The notes below the pieces were generated by a model. That model saw only the letters and a list, made by a program, of their open reading frames with translations, was not told the DNA's origin and ran no database searches. 64,000 bases of DNA, taken from contig JBHGNT010000016.1 in assembly GCA_043228905.1 (NCBI GenBank), positions 2,790,001-2,854,000 on the forward strand, in the 5' to 3' direction. How positions within the stretch are numbered: position 1 is the first letter of the stretch; each line of letters begins with the position of its first letter. This document shows positions 14,001-26,620 of the stretch, in pieces. The translations under genes were made by a program, and so were the position numbers. This DNA is from Azolla caroliniana (taxonomy: Eukaryota > Plantae > Polypodiophyta).

Positions 14001-14506
14001 TAAATAAGCTTCTTTTATGTTTGTCCCTACAACTGTTTTGCACTGCTTGAATTCATGAGAAAATATAACAAAGCGTCCTCAAATTTATTAATGTACGACA
14101 CCTTCAGTAAGTACTACGATGTCAAAAAAAAGGAAAAAAGAAGTATCATATATACGTGGCTAGGAAGTGTGTAATGTAACTACACAAAGTAGAGTGTACC
14201 TGATCACAAAGAAAAACTGTTGCTTGTGGACATTTTCCAAAGGCTAGGCCTTTTTAACTGAAAGACATTTTCCGCTATACATACAATGGCTCCATGGACT
14301 ATGGTTTGGGTGGGGGTTATTGTGATCACAGGAGCAGAGTACTCTACTCCTCCACAAAGTCATAATATGTATCTGTTATCCAGACGTTTCTGCCCTGTTT
14401 TGTATTCAATATGGTGACATTTGTAGAGACCTCTTTAGTTGCAAAACAGTAAAATATATTTGGATTTGGGACCAAATCATCAACACACTTCTTACCAAAC
14501 CAACAC

Positions 14507-17500
14507 CTAAGGTTCACCTTCTCCTATGCTTGATGGAGCAGATGACCCAGTTGTTGGCCTGTGTGCAACACGCACATTATATTGTTCATGAACTCTAGCC
14601 TTATTTCGTTGCCACCATAGTTCAGCTTGCTTCTCACTAAAGCGTTTCCTACTGAAAATTCAACAAAATAATAGTTAGATGCCATCAGAGTAGTACAATA
14701 AGCTTTCAGTAGGGGATTTCAAAAATTTACCTGAATCTAACTCTTTTGAGATCTCTTGCGCCACCTGGTAGAGACACCAGTGTTATGTATACTCCTTGCT
14801 CATCCTGCTCAACCCATTCTACATCTGGTTCACACTCGCCTTCTATTGTCACAGTATTCCCTGATTGAGACCGTTCCCCGATTCTAGAATGGCTATCATT
14901 ACTTTCCTGTGTTAGTCTGTTTGGAGTTGGCATACCTCTTCCGTTGGCATGATGGATTCGTCGATCATCAACTAAGTAGGGGGTGGTACCATTAGTCATT
15001 GCATTTAACACAGGCGAACCACTTTTCTGATTATGTTGCGGATTGTTCCCATGAATGTGTGGTGATGTTGAAACATAAGGATGTGCTGGAATTTGTGACA
15101 AGGATGACAGATCTGTCTGAGAACTGCATACTGTTGCAGATCTGCCATAACGATGCATATCTCCAGGCATCCATTCTGTCATACCTTTCAGCTGTGTGCA
15201 TAGTAAAATAAATTCATTTAATTTTACTTTAAAAGGATAGGAAAATGATTTCAGATGGTGAACAGACTCCAGATACACTAAGGTTAAGTTGATCTAGGTT
15301 TTTCCTTGCTTATACCTAAACCTCTCAGAAATAGTTACAGATGTGGGGCTACTGTGTATTTGTTAGACTTCTGTGTTATCACAGATTCCATCAAATATTT
15401 CATCACATTTAGCTGCATTAAATGTAAAGATGAAAGATCATTCATTTAGAACATCATCTCATTACTTTAGTTTTCTTGTTCATACAATGACAGTCAACAG
15501 GATGCATTATTCTTGTACTTCATTTTTTGCCATTGTTTAATAGCTTTATTCGTTTCTTTCTTTGTTCTACGTGGTTCCTTGAATATCTTGAATCATGCAA
15601 GACAACTTTGCATGGACAGTGGAATGAGAGGGCCAATGGTTCCTAGACCAGAATACTGACAGGACCAGGGTAAGCTTGTGGTTGGTCATGCTAGTTGCAT
15701 TAATTATATTCTGATGTTTATGGAGGGGGGTTGGGGGCTTCTCTAATTTAAAGTTGTGCCATATAATGTCACTTTAGGATAAGTCCATAATGCTACTTCA
15801 AAATTGCGAGCGAGTGGGTCAAGCCAACACTTGGCAGCATACCCCAGATTTTCCTGATCAACTGGCTGAACACTATATGAGGTGCGGTTAATGCGTCTAG
15901 TCAGAAGTTGCACCTCATAAAGACACTTTATGTTTGGACCCACAAAGTCACAAAAAGTTGTGCATAAGATATTGCTACAATATTGTTTGCAGAGGTGACA
16001 CTTGGCAGCACGAGCCAGAAATTTTCAAATAAACCTGTTTTGATGTAGAATTTGAAAATTCTGCTTTACAGCTGATATAGAGTTATTTTAGATTGCCGAA
16101 AAACCTAACGATCTCATAGCTTATTTGCTCTCTTTCTGTACTACGCTCAGTGGAGAACACTGTAGAAGCTCTACTGTGCTTAAGGAGAGAATACTGTGCA
16201 TTTTCGTTGCTGAAATAGTTGTAAACTGTTGAATGTGCTTCTAGGGGATGGTTTCTCTTACAGAAGCCTTTTCAATTAATTATCAGTAAAAAAAAGTACC
16301 ATAAGGGAAGCCAATCTATTGGGCTATCAGGGTGCCAATTTACTAAGTCTTACTATGTCTAGGAGAAATCCAGCTTCCTGGAGAAACCCTAAGTCTTACT
16401 AAGCCCAAACTCTTGAGTTGGTTATTCATTTGTATGAGATTTCCCCAGTGGTGAAATTGCTACTAATTTCACATACTAGTCCCTTCAGTAAAAACACATT
16501 CACAGTTGCATTTCCTTTACAAGCAGAACATTGAAAGGGCAACTCCCTGCAGATGTAAGACAGAATCCAGGTCAACAAACTATGAGCTTCATAGGATTGA
16601 GGACTTGAATCTTCTTCTTTGTACTATAAATGGTTTCAACCGCCTGCAATTCACTAAATAAGCCATATGCAATACAAAACCAAATGCACTGGAACTATCT
16701 AAACTTCTGAAAATCAAATGTCCAGAGATGTTGTCATGTTCCTTCTGATAAGATCCATAGGAATTAGTGGCATCAAGGGCTAAACTTGAAAGCAAGTGCA
16801 GAGAGTATGCTAAACTTGAGAAAGAAAGAAAGAAAGAAATATTAACATTTTTAAGATTTTATTTGAAACAGTAGAACAAAAGAGATATAATGGTGTCTTC
16901 TAAATTTATAAAGAGCTGACAACAGAGAAAAATATATGCTAAAAGAACCCAAAGATTCTATACCATGTATAAGTATTGAGAGAAGCCACCATGATATAGA
17001 AAAAACACATTTGAGGATGATATGTACAATCTCTATTCTTCTACTTACAAGATATTCTGACATCTTATATCTGTAAATATAGTGCACCGCATATAAAGCA
17101 GGTATACTAACCTGTGTTGTCAGTGACTTGATCACATCTTTTGCAGCTTTACATTTTGCCGATTCTTCTCCAGCTATCCTAAGAGATTCTTGAAGTTGTT
17201 TTGCTGAGTGTTTCAACTCTGCATCTTGAAGCTGGCAACGCCGCGTTAAATTTTCAACCTGATAAAGAAAGTCAATAGAGATGAAGCTGATGGCAGTAGT
17301 GTTCCCATTTCTACTGAAGGAATACTTTTTACAGTCTTGATGCTAGAACAGAAATCAAGTAGAGGCAAATAATGACAGAAATGACTGCTTTAGCATCGAG
17401 ACCTTGGTATTTTCATAGCAGTCACTTCAGTCATTCTTACCGATGTGTGCAATTAACACTATGGATTTGTGATTGAGAGTTTGAAATCAATGAGTGGACA

Positions 17501-20500
17501 CGTTAACAATCATCTCATTGGTTTAACATTTTCTCTTTCTATGCAAGAGAAAGGTATACGAATAAAACTTCACAATGTCCTACTAGGGTCAGATTACACA
17601 ACAATGGTAAGACACTTGAACTTCCTAAACTTACCATCATGAGTGAAGTGTCTTCCAGAGAATTCTAAACAGGATATTCTGGCAACATGCTTAAGGATGT
17701 CCGAGTATGAAAGGCCAATAATGGAATCTACATATTCATTTCATGGAGTTGACCTTCTGTTGATCCAATGAAAGAACTCATACTGATTGATAAAGTTTGT
17801 GCCTAATTCAAATTTTGAATTGGATCAAATGTTGAGAAACATGCATTAATATGAATATTTTTAACTATGCACCATTTAGTGCATACCACTCTCTCTCTCT
17901 AGCTACAATAAGTTCTACTAGTGTCTCTCTCAAAAAATTTCAGTTCAATGGGAGTAATTAAGAAGCACAATGGACCAGAAAGTGATGAATGGAACATAGG
18001 AATAAGAGGCCAAAAGGAATTCCTCTAACCTTCACATCAGAGTTATTGGATAGTAAGAAAAGGGAGGCTAAAAGGAATTCCTCTAACCTTCACATCAGAG
18101 TTATTATATAGTAAGAAAAGGGAACTGCACTAGCTGATGCAAAATCATTGGGAATGAAGTTTTGGCCATCAGAAATACCCATTGCGTCAGAATGGCACGC
18201 AGAAAACAATAGATCACTAAGAAAAGCAGTCATCTTATGTTTCGAAACATGGAGTAAAACATGGCTTTTCTGTCTAAAAGGAAAATGCAAGGAAGAAAAA
18301 CTATACTTGATGAGGATCTTATACGGGCAAAAATGGTTCACCATAGAGAGCAGATACCACCGAGCTTCAAGCAAGGAAAAAGTAAAATTGGGCAATCCAT
18401 GGAGACAAAATAGTGATTGTAAATATCGGAAGGTCATTAATATGATGATTAGCTGCATCATAAGGGGAAAACGTCGGTATTACATGAGATAGAGCTGAGT
18501 TGAGAGCAGCCACAATAGTCATACAGGAAGTCTTCAAGCCGTTGTCACAAAGGAAGTTGATAAGGATTCATGCATGCCAAAGTGGAACCGCTGAGGTTTT
18601 GGACCAGGAGAGAACAGTAACAAACAAGATTACAACAATAGAAACAAGAAATCCTTGGGCAAGAGTTTAGTAGAAACCCTTAGTACAGTGTGGATCAATC
18701 AATTATAATTAGAGGTGACTTAAACATCTTGTAGCTTAATAGGACCCTATAAATCTACACCCTCGCATAGATTAACGCCCCTCGTTTTCAACCATTTGGC
18801 TGTATCCGCCTTCAGTTAACTTAACACCTCTTCTATCTAATAGCTAAAGCACTAATCACAATGTCAATGTTGTAATTTTAGCACTACTAGAAGGAATATA
18901 AACAGACACATTGAAAGCCAATGAACTCCATTTATCTGTGGCCTGTATAATAATGTGCACCCTCATCAAATTACAACAACTATTCTATTGCATTTATACT
19001 TGCATTGCTCTTCTATTGTGCTATGCATCATCAGTATGTTATTAGTGTTAATCTCTGACCAATGAAATTTCTAATCTATGATACTTCATAGATCATAGAG
19101 GTTTCTTTGGTCAGATCTTAGGTTTCTTGGATTAAGCTAATAAATAATAAAGTTATCAAGTTAACTTCAGTATAAAGAGAGATTAAAAGAGAGTTTTCAT
19201 GTTTTGAACTTGGTCCATCTTTACCACATGCCATTTGGAGCTATTTTAGTGGTTGGAACTATGGCACTTGCTGAAAACATATAACAAGACCCACAGAGTA
19301 TCATTGTCACTTGATGGAAGATTTAATAAAAGTCAGCTCTCTATTTCGGTGTGCTGAACCCCAAGCATAAAAGAAATCATAATGCTATAGATAACAATAT
19401 GTCACTCTCACAGATATGAGAAGTCTCTGTGTAAGATGTTTTGAGCTTCGCCAATGCACCAAACCCAAAACATGAAAGGAACTAATGTTATAGATGAGAC
19501 AGTAAGTAAGATTTCACCCCAACTATATCTGAGAAATCTCATTGAAAGTCACATTTATATTCACATGAAAAGGAGAAGCATAAATTTTCTCTTGAATATC
19601 AAATGCAAAGCATACAGAGCAGAAGCATGCAAGTCAACATAAACATTTAGGTTAACTGCTTGCTAGTACACCCAAGGACAAAGAATCAGTGAAAGTACGG
19701 TAGGATATACTTTAACCAGAAAAGAAAATTTACCAAAATATCTTATGTTTGACACTAAGTTCCTAGTTTTCTGTTCATATTTCAAAAATCTAGGCCCTAT
19801 ATTTAGGTGCTTCTGAATTATTTCCAACATCAGCATCATACTATATCTTATGAAATAAATAAATAAACACGATGGGCAATTCAGATATTTGTTGAATATT
19901 CAATTTCGCAAATTTGAAACAAGCTCTCCAAACTCTCAAAAGAATACCTTATTATAGAAGCACCTTACCTGTGTCTTTAACTTTACAATTTCGTGTGTAA
20001 GACTCTCATTTGTCTTCCTTGTATCATCTTCAATTAACTTGGGTAATGCAAGACCCATCATAGTTGGAGTGGGGGTAGTTGAACGAGGAGGACTTGACCG
20101 TCTGGAAAGGATAGGAGAAGTGGCTCTTGAGACTATCCTAGAGTGTGGAACTGAAGCAGAAACTAATTTTCTAGAATGCCCAAAACCTGGATGCTGGGAT
20201 GAACCATTTCTAACAGGAGAAACCCGATTACTTGATGATTCTGACTTCCTATTCCGCTTTGTATACGATTTGAATTCATTAATCTTAAACTGTTCTAGGG
20301 CTGCAAGTTTGGAAGCAGTTGGATGAGATCGAGGCACTCTTGGATCCCCCTTGGCTTGTTTATTATCAAGAGGGGGTTTCATGGTTCCCACTTTTCTGTT
20401 TCCAAGACCAGTATAATTCATGCCTGTTTCTGCTGTTTTTTTCAACTTGATGTAGCATGGATCACATACACGATAAGGTTTTTTAGGGTTTGGTGCCATG

Positions 20501-23500
20501 GATGCTTTTAATGCCTTTTTGGAACTGCAAGAATGACAGTACACTAGCCCGCAGTTGTAGCAGTTGTGCCGCTTTCTAGTGAACCCAAAAGGTTGTCTAC
20601 ATCCAGAACAGAGAGAATGGTCAGCTCCAGATACCCACTTATGAAGGCAAACAGCAGCAGTGAAATTAGAACCACAGGCGATACTTTTCACTTGCTTATC
20701 TTTCAGCGCTTCCACTAGTGTTGGAACCTTCCTATCCTCATAATCTCCATGTCCCAACCGTCCATTGGCACCTTTACCCCATGTATAGACTTCACTCTTT
20801 GAAGTTAACAGTGCAACATGGAATGCACCTGATGCAATCTCTTCCACAAATGTGTCTTTAATCTTACCTTCAACACGTCTAGGAATCTTTCCATCTGCAT
20901 GCGGATCTCCAAGCTGCCCGTAAACTGTGCTGCCCATGGTCAAGACATGTCCTGAAACAGTGAGTGCCACAGTAAGACTGTGACCACAAGCTACTTGGCG
21001 GAAATTTTGTTCAACAAGGGAAGCTACACAAGTTGGAACTAGCTTTTGTTCCTTGTTTCCATGTCCAAGACGGCCTTTGTCACCATCACCCCATGTGAAC
21101 AGTTTCGCAGCAGAACAAATAGTAGCACCAACAGATCCAAACATCACTTCTACCACTGCGGCTGTATGCCAAACTCCACAGGATACCTTGGTAGTTCGCA
21201 AACCCTTCAAAGACTCTACTTCCCTAGGAATGGACGTGCTAGACTTGTCACCATGACCAAGCACCCCAAAGGTCCCATCACCAAAAGTGAAAAGTTGCCC
21301 AGAAGTAGTAGCTAATGCAGTATGCCATGGACCACATGAAACCAAAGCAACACGCAAACCTTCAAGTGGACCATTTACTCTTTTAGGCGTCCAATGACTC
21401 ACATCATTACCATGTCCTAAAAGACCAACTTTATGGGTCCCATCACCCCATGTGAAGAGTTCACCAGAGAAGGTCACAGCACAAGAATGATACTCACCAC
21501 AAGCAACATGTTCTACGCTCGTATAAGCAAGTGCTTCCACCAGTTGTGGATGTAATACATCGGCATCAACTCCATGACCGAGACGACCTCCAGCTTCTTC
21601 ACCCCAACAGAATACTTCCCCATGCTTCGTAACCAAAGAAGCATGCCTACTACCACATGCAACCTGGACTACATCTAAAACAACTGTTGCTTCCATGGCC
21701 TTTGGTAAAAGAGCATCAATCTTAGCTCCTAAAGTTTGACCTACTCTATAGATTCCACCACCCAATATTCCATCTCCAATACCTTCCCCCCACATATAAA
21801 CATCCCCTAAGGGATCCGTATCATCTTGTCCTGAACCCTGACTTGATGAGCTTACAGCACTTGACATGCTTACTCTGAAAATATCAACTGATGTTCCACG
21901 CATTTGTGAATGCACACTATCTGAGCATACATCCGAACCAACAGAGTGTATCGAGCTAGCAGCATAGTTGCATTCATAGAATGCCTTAGGATTTGACGGC
22001 AAATCATCCTCCAGAAAAGGTTTTCCCAGACCAGGGCGGGGGGGTGAACCGTAGGGACTCGGGTTACATTGTGTCTCTCCAATATCCTGCAATTAAATGT
22101 CAACCATAGCTAAAGGCACTGTATCACAGTACACCCATGATAGCAATAGGAATGAAAACAACTCAAAGAAGAAACAAATATTGTTATTATATACAACATT
22201 CCAAACTGAAGGGAAGAAATTTGCATGCACCTGGGTCAAGCTGTCAGTACTCCCAAAGGGAGAACTAAATGGTGAATTCCTCTTGGTATGACCAACTGGG
22301 CTGTTGGCATCTGATGATGCTGCATCACTTTTGGCATCAAACTTCCACCTCCGGTTTTGATTGCGAGATATCCGTGCCCTGAGACCAGTGAACCAAACTT
22401 CAGCTTCTTCTTTGTCTTTGCAAATCTGTCACGAAAATCAGCTTGAGTGACCCATTGTCTTTGGTATCTGCCACTGTGCATGAATCTTAATTTCTTACTT
22501 AAAAGAATTTGCATAGAGAAAGAAAAGGTAATGCCGATAAAGCCTGATGATAACCCATACCAAATCAAGGGAGCGATCTTCACAAATCAAGGAGAAGGAC
22601 TGATACTCTTTCTCAGGTCGAGGATATCTCTGGAAAATAGCCTACAATCCCAAAAAGAAAACAAAAACTTTTACAAATGTTGCAAGAGAATATTTGTATT
22701 GTCTACACTCACAAAAGGTACAAAAAAGCCTAAAAGTTGAAGAAATTTCAGTAATATGAAATTTATCCTAGGATACACACCGTTCGTTGCCCTGGTACAA
22801 TTCTAGATACTGAGCTCAACTTAAGTTGCTTCTCTTCTTTCCCTGAGTACCAAATCAAAGATGTTTCATCCTGAAATACAACTACGCATTTAGAAGTTGA
22901 AAATCTAATCCGTACAGAAAATCAAAATTCTAAACATGCACAATCTCATCTGAAAGTCAAACTGCTACAGTTGCTCATTTTGTACTCACATTTGAAAGCC
23001 TGAATGGGCAAAATTTAGGCTTCCCCCTACGTCCATACTTAAGCAAGTATGCTCCTTTCTTCAGAGCAGTTATTGCCTTTAACAGAACATCAAAAGCAAA
23101 AGAGAAGATCATCATTGAGCAAAAATCGAACAAACACAATTGAGGATCAAACAATGTCACATGCCTGCAGTCACGAGTTCTGTGTATTAATTGAATGCTC
23201 ATAATTTGGGTATATATAAAGGGAGCAACTGGTTTCAACCTTAAAATAATGCACATGATCAAGAGAGTTTGAGGATTAGCAGCAACAGCTATTTCAATGG
23301 TGAAAATGGAATTATGTCTCTATGAAGTCTACATCAGGAGGGGCAATCCATGCCTATGTCGAACCTGTTAACACAGACACTACAGTGTTCTCATCATGTG
23401 AGATTCTTGTTCTTTACATCATTTTTTATCCTATCCAAAAGTCACCATGAGATGGTAGTTTTCTGAAGGCTTTTCATCAGGATGAGACCTAGATTTGATC

Positions 23501-23721
23501 AATAAGGTTTACTCAGATTAAGCAAACTCTCTTCTATGACAGCGCCTCTACCTCAGAGGCTATTTTCTTAAATACTCCCTAAGGCACACAAGGGCAAGCA
23601 AATTACAACAGAAGCTGAGCCTGAATAAAAGAAATCAACAGACGATATAAAATAGGTAATCCAATAAGAATACCTGTTCAACATCACGTTCTACTGGAAG
23701 GATGCGCAATTGATCTGCCAT
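14507..23721 (-). CDS. PRAF/RLD-family protein (PH, RCC1 repeats, FYVE zinc finger, coiled coil, BRX domain)
   Basis: Nine phase-consistent exons on the minus strand: 23721-23674 ([16 protein letters not shown]), 23076-22990 ([26 protein letters not shown]), 22870-22781, 22641-22561, 22425-22231, 22086-19969 (RCC1 repeats; FYVE '[24 protein letters not shown]'), 17258-17112, 15191-14731 (BRX '[25 protein letters not shown]') and 14651-14507 ('[14 protein letters not shown]'). All introns are GT..AG. Confidence 0.95.
18006..18122. repeat. 58-bp intronic tandem duplication (2 copies)
   Basis: 'gaggc.aaaaggaattcctctaaccttcacatcagagttatt..atagtaagaaaagg' at 18006 and 18064. Confidence 0.9.
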
Positions 23722-24964
23722 TTACGAAATCCAAATAGCTTAAGGTACTATAGCTCGATGATCTATATCCATATTCCGCATCAGGAGACCTATCTCTGTA
23801 GAAAAACGTCTTTTTTTGCCTTTTAAAAGACTTCAACTTCCAGAACCAATATATATGTATCCAAATCCCAACAAAGAACTTGTCAACAGAGATTGAGACA
23901 GAATAGCTACACAAGTTCAGAGGTTGCAGAAATCCGTCTTGCATTCCAAAAGGCCATGATTTTCACCGAAAGAAGTGGATATATATACATAGCTTTTCGC
24001 AGAAAGAGAACTTCTTGTTAACAGAGATGACATGAATAGATTTGCAAGTTTGTAAAGCTTGCAGACATCTGATCTTTTGGCAAGGATGGGGAACATATTG
24101 TCATATAGTGAAGCTAGAAGACAAAATTAATAAAAGAATACCAGGAGAATGATGGAGACTTCTTCTCAGAGAATGACGAAGTAGAAAACGCAACGTCTAG
24201 CCTTCGTTGTGTGGAGCAAGGAGTATTAGTTCAGCAGAGATCCATGGAAACTTTAAACAAAACTGGAGGATTAATGGCCCTGTCGTTAGTTGTGATGCAG
24301 AGAAAGAGAAAGAACGCATAGAGCAATGGAAACCTGAAGTGGATGGATCACACGGAGAAAATAAGCAGTGGCATTTTGTTTCGTGATCGTGTGAATGTTT
24401 AGAGCTTAATGGATCAGAGGCAGAAGCAATCGCTGGACTATGCTGTGTAGTCCTTACAGAAATAGACACACGGAGAGATGGAAAGCTTCGAGAGTATGAA
24501 TCAGAAGACGAAGTAATCGCTGATGCTGAGGAAAGTACAGACGGATCTCATAGATCTATAGAAACTGTAAAGAATGATGGATCAGAAGCAGAAGCAGAAG
24601 TCATGCCCAGCATTCGCTGTGATGCTGCGAAATTTGGTACATACACAGCGATGGTAACCTTATCGGATATATCAGAAACAGAAAAGAAGAAACTGTCTTT
24701 TGCTATGAGATGCTGAGATGGAAAGCTTAGAGAAGAATGGATTATAAAATGAAGAAGAAGTAATCAAGTGCTGATCGTTTGCTGTGAGATGCTGAGAGAA
24801 TGTTAATAAACACACAGACCGATGGGAATCTTAGAGTATGAAGAAGCAGAATCAGAAATAGTTTCTGAAGAGGATTAACACACAGACGAGGGAGGGATGG
24901 AAACCTTGTGCTCCCTGATCACAGCTGAACATCAAAGAACAGACCGCAGGAAGTTTAGGGTTAT

Positions 24965-24966
<2 letters not shown>

Positions 24967-25003
<37 letters not shown>
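24967..25003. repeat. (GA)n microsatellite
   Basis: Pure dinucleotide run in the upstream/leader region of the PRAF gene. Confidence 0.9.
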
Positions 25004-25006
<3 letters not shown>

Positions 25007-26059
25007 AAATGAGGCATATAACTAAACCTTCTGAGAAGGAAGAAAAGAAAAGTACCGACTGAGAGGAAAGAAACGTACTTTTCTGATATTCTTTTTCCTG
25101 GTAAAGAAGAAATAGATGATTGAGACCTCCGATCAGAGATGATAAGTATGATGACAACGATGAAGGAGACACCATTAATTAAATTATAAAGAGAGGTGAC
25201 CACATGTCAGAGACAGATCAAGAATTAAAAAAGCACCATTATTAGAACAGAGAAAAGCTTTATTAAGAGAGCCAGAAAGACAATTAAGTGGATCGAAACT
25301 CATGATTAAGCATATCAGAATGCTCGATTAAGGGGACTAGAATGCATTATTAGGCAGATCAGAATTAAGTAAACCAATATATGTGATTAAGCGGATCAGG
25401 ATGTGGGAGTATGGGGATCGAACTCAGATGCAAGGGGATGAGAATGAGTGATAGCGGATCAAAATACGTGCGTTGGGGAAGGAATGCATCATTAAACAGA
25501 TTGGCGTGCCTGACTAAGCAGACAACAATGCATTATTAAGCACTCAAGCAGACCAAACTGCCCGATAAACAGCAGAGAATGTGTGATTAAGCAAACCAAT
25601 ATCCATATATTGAGCAGACTAATATCTGTTATTAAGCAGATCTGAAGACATAGAAAACTTGATGATGATGATGATTATGAAGGAAGCGATGTATCAATAA
25701 CGATGTGGTTAAAGATATGGTGATAAAACGCGGGTCAAGCTCATCTTTTTCTTCTTCTTCTTCTTCTTCTTACAGAATAATGTGCAAAGAATCTTACAGA
25801 AAAAGCTTCTGCTTTTACTTCTTCCTTCCTTCTTCTTCTGCTGCCTGCCTGTCTTTTCAGTTAAATTATTATATGTTGCTTCTTTTACTCAATTGACACT
25901 TTTCCGTCTTCTTCTTCTTCTTAATCCACCGTTATGGAGGCACCCTCATAGAGACAGAGACAGAGACAGAGATATGGCGAACTTCAGACTAAGGAAAGCG
26001 AAAGAAAAACAAAAAAAACTGTTCCCGAATGATTGAGTGGGTTATGTACATTCTTCAAC

Positions 26060-26620
26060 ACAGTTCAGGGTTTCTGATTCCTGGACGTACAATATATATA
26101 TATATATATCTAAAACACGGTATTTCCTTTGTTACTTTTCTGTCTATCAATAGATCAGTCCATACAATATTATCCATTCTTTAGCACAGCTAGGGTTTCT
26201 GAGGGGGTACGATACAGCTACAGTATTTCTATCTTCCTTTCTTCTCTGTTCGATTCTTTCCTCTTTCTTCTGTGTTCTCTCTCTCTCTATCTCTCTCTAT
26301 CTCTCTGCGTCGATCTGTCTGTGCAAGGAATCTGAGCTCTATAACTTTAGGCTTGTCTCGTAGGCCCAGACCAGAGGAACCTCGGCCTTAACAACAGAGA
26401 CATATATATATATATATGTATGTATATATATATATCTTCTCTCTCTTCTGTCTTCGTCGCCATAGCCATAGCCATCGCCATCGCCAAGGACTGTCGGGAA
26501 CAGGAAGCAGACAAGGAACTGACACATTTATTCAATTCAATTCAATTCAAACCAAAATCAAATGTTACAAATACAAAAATGGATTGAACAGAACAGGATA
26601 GTTAGGGTTTCTATCAAGAC
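26060..26620 (-). promoter_or_regulatory. Probable promoter/5' leader of the PRAF gene with telo-box and site-II-like motifs
   Basis: AAACCCTA on the minus strand at ~26191 and ~26604, TGGGCC on the minus strand at ~26363, and CT/TA microsatellites. The TSS cannot be determined from sequence. Confidence 0.35.

Noticed and set aside
23684-23944. 86-aa minus-strand ORF overlapping the PRAF start
   Set aside because: Out of frame with the gene and probably mostly intronic (acceptor near 23796); no recognisable homology.
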